A model generated the notes under the pieces. That model did no database searches, was not told where the DNA came from, and saw only the letters and a list, made by a program, of their open reading frames with translations. The position numbers and the translations under genes are program-made. A stretch of 64,000 nucleotides of DNA from assembly GCA_964403205.1 (NCBI GenBank), contig CAYOER010000002.1:4259-68258 (forward strand). Direction: 5' to 3'. Shown piece after piece: positions 9,198-19,322 of the stretch. This stretch comes from an uncultured Candidatus Saccharibacteria bacterium. Its GTDB lineage: Bacteria > Patescibacteriota > Minisyncoccia > Phycocordibacterales > PALSA-1337. Every line of letters starts with the position of its first letter. Positions within the stretch are counted from its first letter, which is position 1.

Positions 9198-9344
9198 TTA
9201 TTTTTTTCTTATGTCTTATAAATATTCAAGTATAAAGAATAACACGGTATATCTACAGTAACTTTTATAGAAAGAATTCACGACATGCTTATAAAAAGTG
9301 AACTCTGATGCAATAATCGTAGCTAAATAGAAATATTTTGTAAA

Positions 9345-10589
9345 CTAGACAGACAAGAAAGAGTGTATCGAGATATTCTCCACCTCCCCATTCCTCCTAT
9401 TTTTTACCTCCACACTTGCCTTTTCTAGAGTTTTCTCACTTATCACCACTCTCTTTGGAATACCGATAAGATCACTGTCTGCAAATTTCTCTCCCGCCCT
9501 CATATCCCTATCATCATAGAGAACTTCTATACCTTTTTTAATTAAATTTTCATAGAGTTTATCTGCTTCTTTTTTTACTTTACCTTCTTTATCTTCTATT
9601 GATATTAGATGTATTGAAAAAGGTGAGATAGAGTCCGGCCAGACTAGACCCTTATCATCAGATAGCACTTCTGCAACTGTACCCATCACTCTTCCAGGAC
9701 CGATACCATAGCTTCCCATTATTACTGGTTTTTCTGTACCATTTTCATCTTTATAATTGAGTTCAAATGATTCTGAAAATCTAGTACCGAGAGAAAATAT
9801 ATTACCAACTTCTACTGCTTTCTTTTCTATTAAGTCTTCTTTATTTATCCCTAGATCTTTCAATACTTCATCATTCATCACTTCTTTATTTATTGCAATT
9901 TTCTTCTTTTCATCTATGAAAATACTATCTTCACCAGCATCTGTAATAGTCTGGAATTCATGGGAATATCTAGAAAAAGAACCACCAGAAGCAAATGTTA
10001 CAAAAGTCCTATCACCTATCCCTATTTTATTAAAAATATTTATATATGCTTGTTTTGCCTTCTCATAGAAATCTTCATGAGCCTTTTCATCTATAGAAAA
10101 AGAATAAAGATCCTTCATAAGAAATTCCCTTCCACGCATTATGCCACTTTTTGCCCTAGTTTCATTTCGAAATTTTGTTTGGAATTGATACACATATACA
10201 GGTAGATCACGGAAAGATCTTATATGATCCTTCATCATACTAGTCAATGGCTCTTCATGGGTAAATGCAAGTCCTAGCTCAGTATCATTCTTCAATTTTG
10301 TTTTGAACCAGTTATCCACTGCCTCATCACTCCATCTACCAGTAGTCTCCCATATTTTCTTATCTTGTAGAGCGGTGAGATATAGTTCTTGTCCACCAAT
10401 CTTATTCATTTCTTCACGGATAATTCCAATTATTTTATTCATAACACGCAGTCCTAGAGGAAGATAGGAATACACTCCTGCTATTTCTTTATGTATATAT
10501 CCAGCACGAATAAGTAATTCTGCATTCTTTGATACTTCATCCTTTGGTGCATCTTTTCTAGTTTTAGTGAAAAGTAATGACTGCTTCAT
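9345..10589 (-). CDS. proS: Prolyl-tRNA synthetase (class II, compact form without an editing insertion)
   Basis: N-terminus TKTRKDAPKDEVSKNAELLIRAGYIHKEIAGVYSYLPLGLRVMNKI matches the ProRS motif-1 region. Class II core and a C-terminal anticodon-binding domain. Confidence 0.6.
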   Translation of the reverse strand: MKQSLLFTKTRKDAPKDEVSKNAELLIRAGYIHKEIAGVYSYLPLGLRVMNKIIGIIREEMNKIGGQELYLTALQDKKIWETTGRWSDEAVDNWFKTKLKNDTELGLAFTHEEPLTSMMKDHIRSFRDLPVYVYQFQTKFRNETRAKSGIMRGREFLMKDLYSFSIDEKAHEDFYEKAKQAYINIFNKIGIGDRTFVTFASGGSFSRYSHEFQTITDAGEDSIFIDEKKKIAINKEVMNDEVLKDLGINKEDLIEKKAVEVGNIFSLGTRFSESFELNYKDENGTEKPVIMGSYGIGPGRVMGTVAEVLSDDKGLVWPDSISPFSIHLISIEDKEGKVKKEADKLYENLIKKGIEVLYDDRDMRAGEKFADSDLIGIPKRVVISEKTLEKASVEVKNRRNGEVENISIHSFLSV

Positions 10590-10613
10590 GGTTTTATATT
10601 AGCTTAAAAATAA

Positions 10614-11687
10614 TTAATCTACAAATAATTTTGCAATGTCTTTATAAGTCACAACGATCATAAGTAATATGAGTAAACCGAATCCAATTGCATTAACAGT
10701 ATTTGCTATCACTGGTTTTATAGGTCTTCTTATTATTGATTCAATTATGACAAAGAAGATTCTTCCGCCATCAAGAGCTGGAAATGGTATGAAATTCAAT
10801 ACTCCTAGATTTATAGAAATAATAGCGGTAAACATAAGTAGATAAGTGAAGCCGAGCTTGGCCGCATCTCCTACAAGTCCTGCAATACCGATAGGTCCAG
10901 TAACAGCCGACATATTAGATGAGCCATCGAATATTCCATAGATCAAATCCCAAATACCAACAAAGGTTGCAGAGATAATATGAATAGTAAATCTAGCACT
11001 TTCATATATTGCTAGGTGAATTGGGAGTTTCAAAGTAGAAACATTATCCATCGCTATTCCTATTGCATATTTATCTTCTACTATTCCCTTTTCAGCTATT
11101 ATACTTTTCTCTATTTCTTCTCCATCTCTTCTGTACTTTATCTTTACTCCATTTTCTTTACTTGCATTTATATTATTCTGTATTTCCTCTACTGAGCTTG
11201 CTATGAGCTCATCTCCAGGCTTGAGCCCTGCCTTCTCTGCTGGAGAACTGGGATTGATAAATGTAATAGCAATATGACTATTTTCCATTCTATCTGTGTA
11301 TTGAGGATAACTATCCTTCGAAGCTAATACTCCTGATAGAAAAGCGATAGTGATGATAGCCCATGCAAAGATAAAGTTGAAAAGCACACCAGCACCGAGT
11401 ACAGCTATCTGTTCTAATTTACTTTTATTAACAAAGCTTCTAGCACTATCTGGACCGCTTATACTTTCTTCATCTGGATTTTCTCCGAATATTTTCACAT
11501 AACCACCAAAAGGTATAAGATTCAAAGAATATATTGTAGCTCCTACTTTTTTTGAAAATATTTTCGGCCCGAATCCCAGAGCAAATTCATCTACTCTTAT
11601 TCCACACCATCTAGCGAATAGGAAATGCCCAAGTTCATGGACGAAAATCAGTATTGCTAGAACTATGATAAAGATTATTACAGTCAC
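10614..11687 (-). CDS. rseP: RIP site-2 metalloprotease (M50 family) with an internal PDZ domain
   Basis: HELGHFLFARWCGIRV (HExxH) at the N-terminus, a PDZ-like segment (GLKPGDELIASS) and a C-terminal LDGG motif. Confidence 0.8.
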   Translation of the reverse strand: MTVIIFIIVLAILIFVHELGHFLFARWCGIRVDEFALGFGPKIFSKKVGATIYSLNLIPFGGYVKIFGENPDEESISGPDSARSFVNKSKLEQIAVLGAGVLFNFIFAWAIITIAFLSGVLASKDSYPQYTDRMENSHIAITFINPSSPAEKAGLKPGDELIASSVEEIQNNINASKENGVKIKYRRDGEEIEKSIIAEKGIVEDKYAIGIAMDNVSTLKLPIHLAIYESARFTIHIISATFVGIWDLIYGIFDGSSNMSAVTGPIGIAGLVGDAAKLGFTYLLMFTAIISINLGVLNFIPFPALDGGRIFFVIIESIIRRPIKPVIANTVNAIGFGLLILLMIVVTYKDIAKLFVD

Positions 11688-11702
11688 GATTTTATTCTCT
11701 AA

Positions 11703-12254
11703 TTATGCCATTATTTCCTTTTCTTTCTTTGAATAAAGCTCATCTAGCTTTTTATTGCTTTCATCTACCATCTTTTGTGTTTCATTTTTATATCGGAATA
11801 CATCGTCTTTACCGAGATCACCATTCTTTTCTTTTGATTGTAGATCTTTCATTATTTCATCTCTATGATTCCTTATTTGCTTTTTACCCTCTTCTAATTT
11901 CTCTTTTGCTATCTTTGTTATCTGTACTCTACGCTCAGCTGTAAGCTCGGGGAAATTCACCCTGAGACCCTTATCATCTGTAGAAACAGAAACACCGAGA
12001 TTTGCAAGTGTTATTGCCTTTTCAATCTCTTTAGTCTGTGATGCATCCCAAGGAACGATGCGTAATGTTCTAGGACCTTCGGAATTTACACTACCGATCT
12101 GTGAAAGTGGTGACAATGCACCATATGACTCTACCTTTACACTATCTAGAAGCGTAGGGCTAGCTTGACCAGTCCTAATATTACCGAATTCTTTTTTTAT
12201 CCATTCTTCAGCGCTTATTAATGATTTTTTGAATTTATTGAAATCGTATGACAT
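11703..12254 (-). CDS. frr: Ribosome recycling factor
   Basis: Full-length RRF signature (EEWIKKEFGNIRTGQASPTLLDSVKVESYG...LRVNFPELTAERRVQITK). Confidence 0.85.
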   Translation of the reverse strand: MSYDFNKFKKSLISAEEWIKKEFGNIRTGQASPTLLDSVKVESYGALSPLSQIGSVNSEGPRTLRIVPWDASQTKEIEKAITLANLGVSVSTDDKGLRVNFPELTAERRVQITKIAKEKLEEGKKQIRNHRDEIMKDLQSKEKNGDLGKDDVFRYKNETQKMVDESNKKLDELYSKKEKEIMA

Positions 12255-12312
12255 ATGGGTATTATAACATATTGATAGAGAATAGGGTAAATATTATATA
12301 AATTTGGAAATA

Positions 12313-12372
12313 AAAAAGCACCCAAGACTTGTCCGGCGTAGAACGAACGCGGAGGTCTATGGGTGCTAAAAG
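12313..12372 (-). terminator. Hairpin (agcacccaagac...gtctatgggtgct) followed on the minus strand by a T-run. Putative intrinsic terminator between the ncRNA candidate and frr
   Basis: An 11-12-bp stem with one mismatch, flanked by aataaaaaa on the plus strand (T-run on the minus strand). Confidence 0.4.
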
Positions 12373-12700
12373 AACTTTTTCTCCATAAGCCCATCAACTA
12401 GGTTTTCAGCATCATCCATTTTCAGGCGTGCCTATTACTTTTTGATGTGGAGAAAGGATAATTCCTTCTTAATTCTTTCTTTCAGGATTACCCTGTCCTG
12501 TGAGGGACTGGCTGGCTGTTACTAAACTAGCCAAGTTGTTGTGGGAAGGACCGCGACGGCGATCAGGCGGTTTGAATGGAGTTGATGGTGAGGGCATTCA
12601 TAGGCAAGTTGCCGATTGATTTGCGCCATTGATGTTTTCTCGTCATCTACTCCCTCGGTATCGGGGACTCGCTCGTTCAATGAACAAGATAGATGATCTA
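12373..12700 (-). ncRNA. rnpB: GC-rich (about 50%) ORF-free island; candidate structured RNA, possibly RNase P RNA (type A-like)
   Basis: No ORF of 60 aa or more on any frame. GC far above the flanks. The minus-strand RNA shows a small hairpin (GTTCATTGAAC) followed by GAGCGAGTCCCCGATACCGAGGGAG (compare the GAGGAAAGUCCGGGCUCCAUAGGGCA CR-I region), GGGTAATCCTGAAAG (compare GGUAAGGGUGAAAG), and GATGGGCTTATGGAG near the 3' end (compare CCCGGCUUAUCGG). It is terminated by the hairpin at 12313-12372. The assignment is tentative. Confidence 0.3.
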
Positions 12701-12720
12701 GTGGATATATTATTCCTACC

Positions 12721-13398
12721 CTAAGAAATAGTCAATACCACATATTCTAATAACTGCTTTATCGATGGCGACCTATCTCCCATATAATCTTTTGCTTTCA
12801 ATATTGCCTTCAAAGCTTTTGTATTTTTCAATCCTTCTTTTTTATATAGATAAACTTCAAGAGCTGTGAGGAAGCTCTGAGCATCTGCCTTTACTGCTTT
12901 TTCATCACTTATATTCTTTGCTATATCATCTACATAATCAATTCTATCTTTCTTATTCATCTTCATAAATCTTTCTATTTCTTTTTCTGGAAAATTATTA
13001 TTTTCTTCATTGTGTTTTATTATAGAAAGTCTAGAACGTAGAGTGGGTAAAAGTATTTCTATAGATGGCATAATAAGGAAGAAGTGACTGTCTTCATTTG
13101 GTTCCTCAAATATTTTCAAAAGTGAATTCTGTGCTTCATGTGTTATACCAGAACATTCTATTATAAATATCCTTTTATTTCCCTCTTTAAAACTCTTTGA
13201 TAAATGATTCTCTTTTATTTTCCTACTTTCATCTATTCCTAATACTTCAAATCTTTCATAATAAAAATCAGGGTTTTGTTTATGCGAAATACCAAATTTA
13301 CTTTTCAGAAAGTCCTTCAAATGCAAAAAAGTATCTTTGAAAGAATGGATGAAATAAGCGTGATGATCGAGGGATTTTAGGTTTTTGAGGGGTGACAT
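12721..13398 (-). CDS. holB: DNA polymerase III delta-prime (clamp-loader) subunit-like protein, short form
   Basis: EAQNSLLKIFEEP is the hallmark sensor motif of delta-prime/tau-family clamp loaders. No intact Walker A. Confidence 0.5.
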   Translation of the reverse strand: MSPLKNLKSLDHHAYFIHSFKDTFLHLKDFLKSKFGISHKQNPDFYYERFEVLGIDESRKIKENHLSKSFKEGNKRIFIIECSGITHEAQNSLLKIFEEPNEDSHFFLIMPSIEILLPTLRSRLSIIKHNEENNNFPEKEIERFMKMNKKDRIDYVDDIAKNISDEKAVKADAQSFLTALEVYLYKKEGLKNTKALKAILKAKDYMGDRSPSIKQLLEYVVLTIS

Positions 13399-13633
13399 TA
13401 TATTAAAATTTGACTTTTTAACCTAACGAATATATACTAAATCAATCGTTCGGAACCGTCGCGTTTCGCGGCGGTTTCTTTATTATATTCTAATAATATG
13501 CTTGAAAAATTATATAAGCAATATGGACTAGTTATTAACTATAGTATATATTTATAATATCTTGTCAAAGGGAATTTCCAACCGATGGTATTTCTGAACA
13601 AAAGGTCGCGAAAGCGGCTTTTTGTTTTATATA

Positions 13634-13678
13634 ATAAAAAAAACCTACTCGTAGAGACTAAATCTCTCAAGAGTAGGC
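13634..13678 (-). terminator. Intrinsic terminator downstream of the PEP-CTERM gene
   Basis: cctactc...gagtagg 7-bp stem, preceded on the plus strand by an A10 run (T-run on the minus strand). Confidence 0.5.
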
Positions 13679-13704
13679 TTCAGACAATTCTACTAGAATT
13701 GGAA

Positions 13705-14775
13705 TTATCTGCGATGCAACTTAATCAAAAAACCGCCAAACAAAACATAAACCAATGAACTTATTAACACAGAAGGTTCTGGTACTCCTCCCACAGGTGA
13801 ATTATCAGAAGCCATTATTATGGTAAACGGATTTATACTTCCCGTGGTTAACAAAAAAGCATGCTCTTCTCCTGCAGGATTGTTGCCCCATCCAACGATT
13901 TCTCCATTATTGTTAATAGCATTCGCCTCACGTAAAATCCAACCAGAATCTGAATCAATAAGCGTATTGAGATCGAGCATAGAGCCATCTTGATAAATCA
14001 TAGCTTTATGGTCACCATTAAAACCTACAATCTGGCCATAAGTATTAATTGCTCTAGCTGAACCTAAACCGAGATCAATCATGGAGTTATTCTGATAGAG
14101 AAAAGCATATCCATCTGACCAACCTACAATTTGGCCAGTATTATTGATTCCAAAAGCATAGCTTTTCCCACCAGATATCGTACCAAGATAACTTATATTC
14201 CCAGCAGAATATAGAAAGGCACGTTCATTCCGATCAAAACCAACAACTTGTCGAGAATCATTAATACCTAGACCAGTCCCACCAGTACCAAGATTTATTT
14301 GATTTCCATTTGACCATAGAAAAGAACTGGCACTGCTTACATAATAACCAGTTATATCTCCTGAAGAATTTATACCCCAAGCACCACTATGACGACTAGT
14401 AAGATCAGTCATGCTACCATTCTGATATATGAAAGCATAGTTTCCACCTTGACCACCAGAGCTCTGTGCATATCCAGCCACTTGACCGATCTGATTAATG
14501 GCATAAGCAGCAGAGAATAGTCGTGCAGAAGCAGATCCGAAAACTCCTAAATCTCGGAATGTATCATTCGAATAGAGAAATGAATGCTCTACTCCAGATG
14601 GTAATGTTGCGTAACCTACGATTTGCCTATTGTCATTAATACCATAAGCTGAACTCCTAGTACCACCAAAAGTTCCAAGATCATGGACATTGTAATGTCC
14701 AATAGTCATTTGTGCCTGTACATACACAGAGCATAGTAATAGGAAACTGACACTGACAATCGGTAGTCTTTTCAT
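13705..14775 (-). CDS. Secreted HAF-family extracellular repeat protein with a C-terminal PEP-CTERM sorting signal
   Basis: Signal peptide. At least 8 repeats of the form YA.GINd.GQIVGw...haFLY.ng.m.DLG. C-terminus VPEPSVLISSLVYVLFGGFLIKLHRR (VPEP + TM + basic tail). Local GC is visibly higher than the flanks. Confidence 0.6.
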   Translation of the reverse strand: MKRLPIVSVSFLLLCSVYVQAQMTIGHYNVHDLGTFGGTRSSAYGINDNRQIVGYATLPSGVEHSFLYSNDTFRDLGVFGSASARLFSAAYAINQIGQVAGYAQSSGGQGGNYAFIYQNGSMTDLTSRHSGAWGINSSGDITGYYVSSASSFLWSNGNQINLGTGGTGLGINDSRQVVGFDRNERAFLYSAGNISYLGTISGGKSYAFGINNTGQIVGWSDGYAFLYQNNSMIDLGLGSARAINTYGQIVGFNGDHKAMIYQDGSMLDLNTLIDSDSGWILREANAINNNGEIVGWGNNPAGEEHAFLLTTGSINPFTIIMASDNSPVGGVPEPSVLISSLVYVLFGGFLIKLHRR

Positions 14776-14883
14776 AACTTCTCAAGTCAATATTTTTGCT
14801 CGAATTACGTCGAGATTCGTAGATTTGAAAAGATCAAGTCTAAACAAAGACTACCACATGAATATATGTATGTCTACAGATTT

Positions 14884-15897
14884 CTATCTCTTCGCTATTA
14901 TGCTTTTCTTATAAGTATCTAGATGTTCTAGAGCGATACCTGTACCCTTCACCACACAGAAAAGTGCATCATCTGCGAGTCTTGCCTTCACACCTATTCT
15001 TCTGAATACTAATTCTGGGAAATTACGTAATATAGAGCTACCACCAGTCATAATAATTCCATAATCTATGATATCAGAAGCCAGTTCTGGCGGAGTTTCC
15101 TGCAATACATCTTTCATTGCTTTTATCATTGTATGAAGTTCTTTATTTATTGCTTTTACTACTTCATTTGTCTTCAATTCTGTCGATCTAGGAAGACCCG
15201 TGATAAAGTCCCTACCCTTTACCATCATAGATAACTCTTGTTCAAGTGGTATAGCTGAACCAATATTTATTTTTATATCTTCTGCGGTTTTATCTCCTAT
15301 AGCGAGATTGAAAGTTTTCTTTATATAATCAGCAATAGCATAGTCAACTTTATTCCCTGCACACTTTACAGATGTAGAAGCTACGATACCACCGAGGGAT
15401 ATCACTGCTACATCTGTAGTGCCTCCGCCTATATCTACTACCATATGCCCACGCGCCTCATGTATCGGTATTCCAGCACCGATAGCTGCGAGTATCGGCT
15501 CTTTCACTACATAGGCATTCCTGGCTCCAGCACGTATAGTCGCCTCTATGACAGCACGTCTCTCTGTAGATGTGATACCAGCAGGAACAGAAACCATGAC
15601 TTCAGGTTTGAAAATATTCCATTTTGGTAAAGCTTTATCTATGAAGTATCGTAGCATGGCCTCGGTCACCCTATAGTCTGCTATGACTCCATCCTTCATC
15701 GGTTTATAAGCGATGATACTATCAGGAGTTCGGCCGATCATTTCTTTTGCTTCATTACCAACTGCTAATATTCTTTTATCTTGTTCTCTCACTGCGACTA
15801 CAGATGGTTCATTCAATACTATGCCTTTCCTTGGTATGAAGACGAGAGTATTCGCCGTACCGAGATCTATTCCGATTTTCTGATTAAATAATGACAT
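14884..15897 (-). CDS. Second MreB/Mbl-family actin homolog (paralog of the gene at 1576..2676)
   Basis: IGIDLGTANTLVF, DIGGGTTDVAVIS, MTGGSSILRNFPE. Confidence 0.8.
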   Translation of the reverse strand: MSLFNQKIGIDLGTANTLVFIPRKGIVLNEPSVVAVREQDKRILAVGNEAKEMIGRTPDSIIAYKPMKDGVIADYRVTEAMLRYFIDKALPKWNIFKPEVMVSVPAGITSTERRAVIEATIRAGARNAYVVKEPILAAIGAGIPIHEARGHMVVDIGGGTTDVAVISLGGIVASTSVKCAGNKVDYAIADYIKKTFNLAIGDKTAEDIKINIGSAIPLEQELSMMVKGRDFITGLPRSTELKTNEVVKAINKELHTMIKAMKDVLQETPPELASDIIDYGIIMTGGSSILRNFPELVFRRIGVKARLADDALFCVVKGTGIALEHLDTYKKSIIAKR

Positions 15898-15974
15898 ATA
15901 GTTGAATAATATTCTTATTTTGACCTTTTTGCAATTTCCTATATTTTCTAGATTATATATGATATAAATAGATT

Positions 15975-17336
15975 ATGAAAAAGACTGTAAAAGTGCTAAA
16001 AAGTGCTAAAAAAGAGCTAAAATCACCGAATTTCCGTATAGAAGGAGGAAAAAGACTTTCTGGCGAAATAATAGTAAGAACTTCAAAGAATGGCGCCTTA
16101 GGTGTGATGTGTGCTTCTCTAATAAATAAAAATATAACGACTATAAAAAATGTACCGAAAATAGAAGAGGTTTTTCGCATTGCAGAAATATTAGAAAGTA
16201 TAGGAGTAAAAATAGAATGGAGTAGAAATGATATGATTATCACTCCACCAAAAAAAATATTAATAGAAAAAATAAATGAACAAGTAGCAGATCAAATGAA
16301 TAAAACTAGAGGAGGTATTATGTTTATCGGTCCTCTTATTCATAAATTTAATAATTTCAAAATACCACAACCAGCAGGATGTAAACTCGGCTCTAGAACT
16401 GTCAAACCATATTTTTATGCTTTAGATAAAATGGGTATAAAGATAGAAACCGAAAGTGATTGTTATAAAGTCAGTCATAAAGGATTGAATGCTTCTGAAA
16501 TAATACTCTATGAAGCTGGTGATACAGTAACAGAAACTGTACTTATGGTAGCAGCAGGGATAGATGGAAAAACTGTAATAAAATTTGCATCTGCCAATTA
16601 TCAAGTACAAGATGTATGCTACTATCTACAACTCCTAGGAATAAAGATAGAAGGTATAGGTACATCTACACTCACAGTTTATGGAAAAAAAGAAATAGAT
16701 ATTCCAGTAGAATACGCTCTTTCCGAAGATCCTATAGAAGCAATGTCACTTATCGCTACAGCAATAGTCACTAGATCTTCTATAACTATAAAGAGATGTT
16801 CTATTGATTTTCTAGAATTAGAATTATTGAAATTAGAGAAAATGGGATTCAGATATGAAATATTGAAAGAGTATAAAGCATTAAATGGTAAGACGAATCT
16901 AGTAGATATAAAGACTTACCCTAGCAATCTCATAGCTCTAGAAGAGAAGATACATGCTCTACCATATCCAGGAATAAATATGGACAATCTCCCCTTCTTT
17001 GCCATTATCGGAGCTGTAGCAGAAGGACAGACCTTCATACATGATTGGGTCTATGAAGAGAGAGCAATATATTATAAAGAATTGGATAAACTCGGTACAG
17101 ATACAATACTTGCAGATCCATATCGTTTCTATATAAAGGGTCCTACGAAATTCCGCGCAAATGAAATAGTATGCCCCCCTGCCCTACGACCGGCTATGAT
17201 TATTATGATCGCTATGCTCGCTTGTCCTGGTGTATCAATACTCAGAGGTGTATACAATATAAATAGAGGTTATGAGGATCTAGCAGAGAGACTGAATAAA
17301 CTCGGTGCAAAAATAGAGACTTTTAGCGATAAATAA
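15975..17336 (+). CDS. murA: UDP-N-acetylglucosamine 1-carboxyvinyltransferase; the first 18 codons are probably an N-terminal over-extension
   Basis: NFRIEGGKRLSGEI...KNGALGVMCASLI and the overall EPSP-synthase-fold pattern. A tandem aagtgctaaaa repeat sits at the 5' end. Confidence 0.75.
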   Translation: MKKTVKVLKSAKKELKSPNFRIEGGKRLSGEIIVRTSKNGALGVMCASLINKNITTIKNVPKIEEVFRIAEILESIGVKIEWSRNDMIITPPKKILIEKINEQVADQMNKTRGGIMFIGPLIHKFNNFKIPQPAGCKLGSRTVKPYFYALDKMGIKIETESDCYKVSHKGLNASEIILYEAGDTVTETVLMVAAGIDGKTVIKFASANYQVQDVCYYLQLLGIKIEGIGTSTLTVYGKKEIDIPVEYALSEDPIEAMSLIATAIVTRSSITIKRCSIDFLELELLKLEKMGFRYEILKEYKALNGKTNLVDIKTYPSNLIALEEKIHALPYPGINMDNLPFFAIIGAVAEGQTFIHDWVYEERAIYYKELDKLGTDTILADPYRFYIKGPTKFRANEIVCPPALRPAMIIMIAMLACPGVSILRGVYNINRGYEDLAERLNKLGAKIETFSDK

Positions 17337-17351
17337 TATTATATTAAAGAT

Positions 17352-19295
17352 ATGTTTATTATTGAAACAATTCCTATCGCAAAGACTATCGGAATAAAGA
17401 GTTTATCCTACTTTACTGATCAGGAAGTTTCTATCGGTGCAATAGTAGATATTCCACTCAGGAATAAAATAGTAAAAGGTATTGTTATATCTATAAAGCC
17501 TGCCATAGATATGAAAAGTGAAATAAAGAAAAGCTCTTTTGCTTTGAAAAAATTAGGAAAAATAAAAGCTATGAATTTCTTTTCCAATAGTTTCATGGAA
17601 ACTGTGGCATATATAGCAGATTATTATGCTAGCAATATCGGTAGTGTGATGAATACTATTGTTCCAGATTATATTCTAAAAAATATTGAAAAATTAAAAA
17701 TAAATAAAAAAGTTGAAAAGATAAATCCAAATCTAATAGAAGAAAAAGAAAAAAAAGAAAAATATGCTATACAAGGTGATGAAGAAGAAAGGTATGGTAA
17801 TTGGAAAAGTCTAATACGTCAGGAATTCGCAAGGAGAAAAAGTATTTTCTTCCTATTCCCTACTATAGAAGAGGCTGAATACGCCTTTAGCATATTGGAG
17901 AAAGGTATAGAAGGATACGCATTTCTTCTACATGGATCACTCGGAGACAAGAAAATAGTAGAGACGTGGAATGATATTATGCGGGACAAGCATCCTATCA
18001 TAGTCATCGCTACTGGAGCTTTCCTATCTATACCTAGAGAAGATATAGAAAGTATAGTTATAGAAAGAGAAAGTAATAGAGTATATAGGGGTATCGGTAG
18101 ACCATATATGGATATTAGACACTTTGCAGAAATCCTAGCAGAGAAAAGAGGCATAAAAGTATTTTTCTCTGATAATTTCCTAAGATTAGAAACTCTTAAT
18201 AGAAAAAATAAAGGAGAAATAATAGAAGGTACACTTTTCAAATGGAGATCGCTAAGTACTGGAAAAGACACTCTTGTGGATATGCGTCAATATATAGTAA
18301 AGAAATCAGAAGAAACAGGCCAAGAAATATCTAGTTTCAAAATAATTTCCCCAGAAGTAGAAGCTCTTATCAGACGAACAAAAGATAAAAGTGAAAGAAT
18401 GATAATATTCGGATTGAGGAAAGGTCTAGCACCATCTACAGTCTGTGCCGATTGTCAGAATATAGTATTATGCAATAAATGTAGCTTACCAGTAGTAATA
18501 CATAAAGTAAAAAATGAAAAAGGAGAAGAAAAAAATGTATTCATGTGTCATAGATGTGGTGAGAGAAGATCTACAGAAGAGTATTGCAAGATCTGTGGGA
18601 GCTGGAGACTAGCGACATTTGGTATCGGCATAGATCTAATAGAAGAAAAAATAAAAGATAAATTCAAAGATATAGAAATATTTCGTATAGATGGAGAGAA
18701 TACACCAAATGATAAAAGTATAAAATCAATAATACAGAAGTATCGCAATAAACCAGGCAGTATACTACTCGGTGGAGAGATGATGCTTCAATATATGCAT
18801 GATAAAGTAGAAAATACAGCAATTATTTCTCTTGATTCCCTTTTCTCTATTCCAGATTTCCGTATTCAAGAAAAGATATTGCAAATATTGATAAAGTTAC
18901 GCTCGCTCACTAGTAGAGATTTCATAATACAAACTAGAAAAAGTGATGAGAAAGTATTCGAGTATGGTCTGAAAGGTAATACAAATGATTTCTACAAAGA
19001 CACTATAATAGAAAGAGAGAAATTCCATTATCCACCTTTTACTACTCTTATAAAGCTAACATTAGAAGGTAATAAAGATAATATAGTAAAAGAAATGGAA
19101 ATAGCACAGAATATTCTAGATCCTTATGAAGTAGAAGTATTCCCTGCTTTTACACATACAGTAAAGGGTAAATATGTTCTACATGGACTCATAAGACTGC
19201 AGAATAATAAATGGATAGATAGAGCTCTATTAGAGAAGTTGAATTCCCTTTCGCCTATAGTATCTATAAGAGTAGATCCTGAACATTTGCTATAA
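17352..19295 (+). CDS. priA: Primosomal protein N' (PriA)-like protein with degenerate Walker A and Walker B motifs
   Basis: PriA-type N-terminal 3'-DNA-binding domain. Cys-rich zinc region CADCQNIVLCNKCSLPVVIH...CHRCGERRSTEEYCKICGS. LLHGSLGDKK in place of LLHGVTGSGKT, and IVIERESN in place of IVDEEHDS. Conserved priA-def-fmt gene order. Confidence 0.55.
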   Translation: MFIIETIPIAKTIGIKSLSYFTDQEVSIGAIVDIPLRNKIVKGIVISIKPAIDMKSEIKKSSFALKKLGKIKAMNFFSNSFMETVAYIADYYASNIGSVMNTIVPDYILKNIEKLKINKKVEKINPNLIEEKEKKEKYAIQGDEEERYGNWKSLIRQEFARRKSIFFLFPTIEEAEYAFSILEKGIEGYAFLLHGSLGDKKIVETWNDIMRDKHPIIVIATGAFLSIPREDIESIVIERESNRVYRGIGRPYMDIRHFAEILAEKRGIKVFFSDNFLRLETLNRKNKGEIIEGTLFKWRSLSTGKDTLVDMRQYIVKKSEETGQEISSFKIISPEVEALIRRTKDKSERMIIFGLRKGLAPSTVCADCQNIVLCNKCSLPVVIHKVKNEKGEEKNVFMCHRCGERRSTEEYCKICGSWRLATFGIGIDLIEEKIKDKFKDIEIFRIDGENTPNDKSIKSIIQKYRNKPGSILLGGEMMLQYMHDKVENTAIISLDSLFSIPDFRIQEKILQILIKLRSLTSRDFIIQTRKSDEKVFEYGLKGNTNDFYKDTIIEREKFHYPPFTTLIKLTLEGNKDNIVKEMEIAQNILDPYEVEVFPAFTHTVKGKYVLHGLIRLQNNKWIDRALLEKLNSLSPIVSIRVDPEHLL

Positions 19296-19322
19296 AATCA
19301 TCTAATAAGTTATAGTATATAT

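Noticed and set aside
12373-12700. tmRNA (ssrA) as the identity of the GC-rich island
   Set aside because: No tRNA-like T-arm (GGTTCGAnTCC), no 3' acceptor, and no plausible tag-peptide ORF ending in ...AA-stop on either strand. RNase P RNA fits better but remains unconfirmed.
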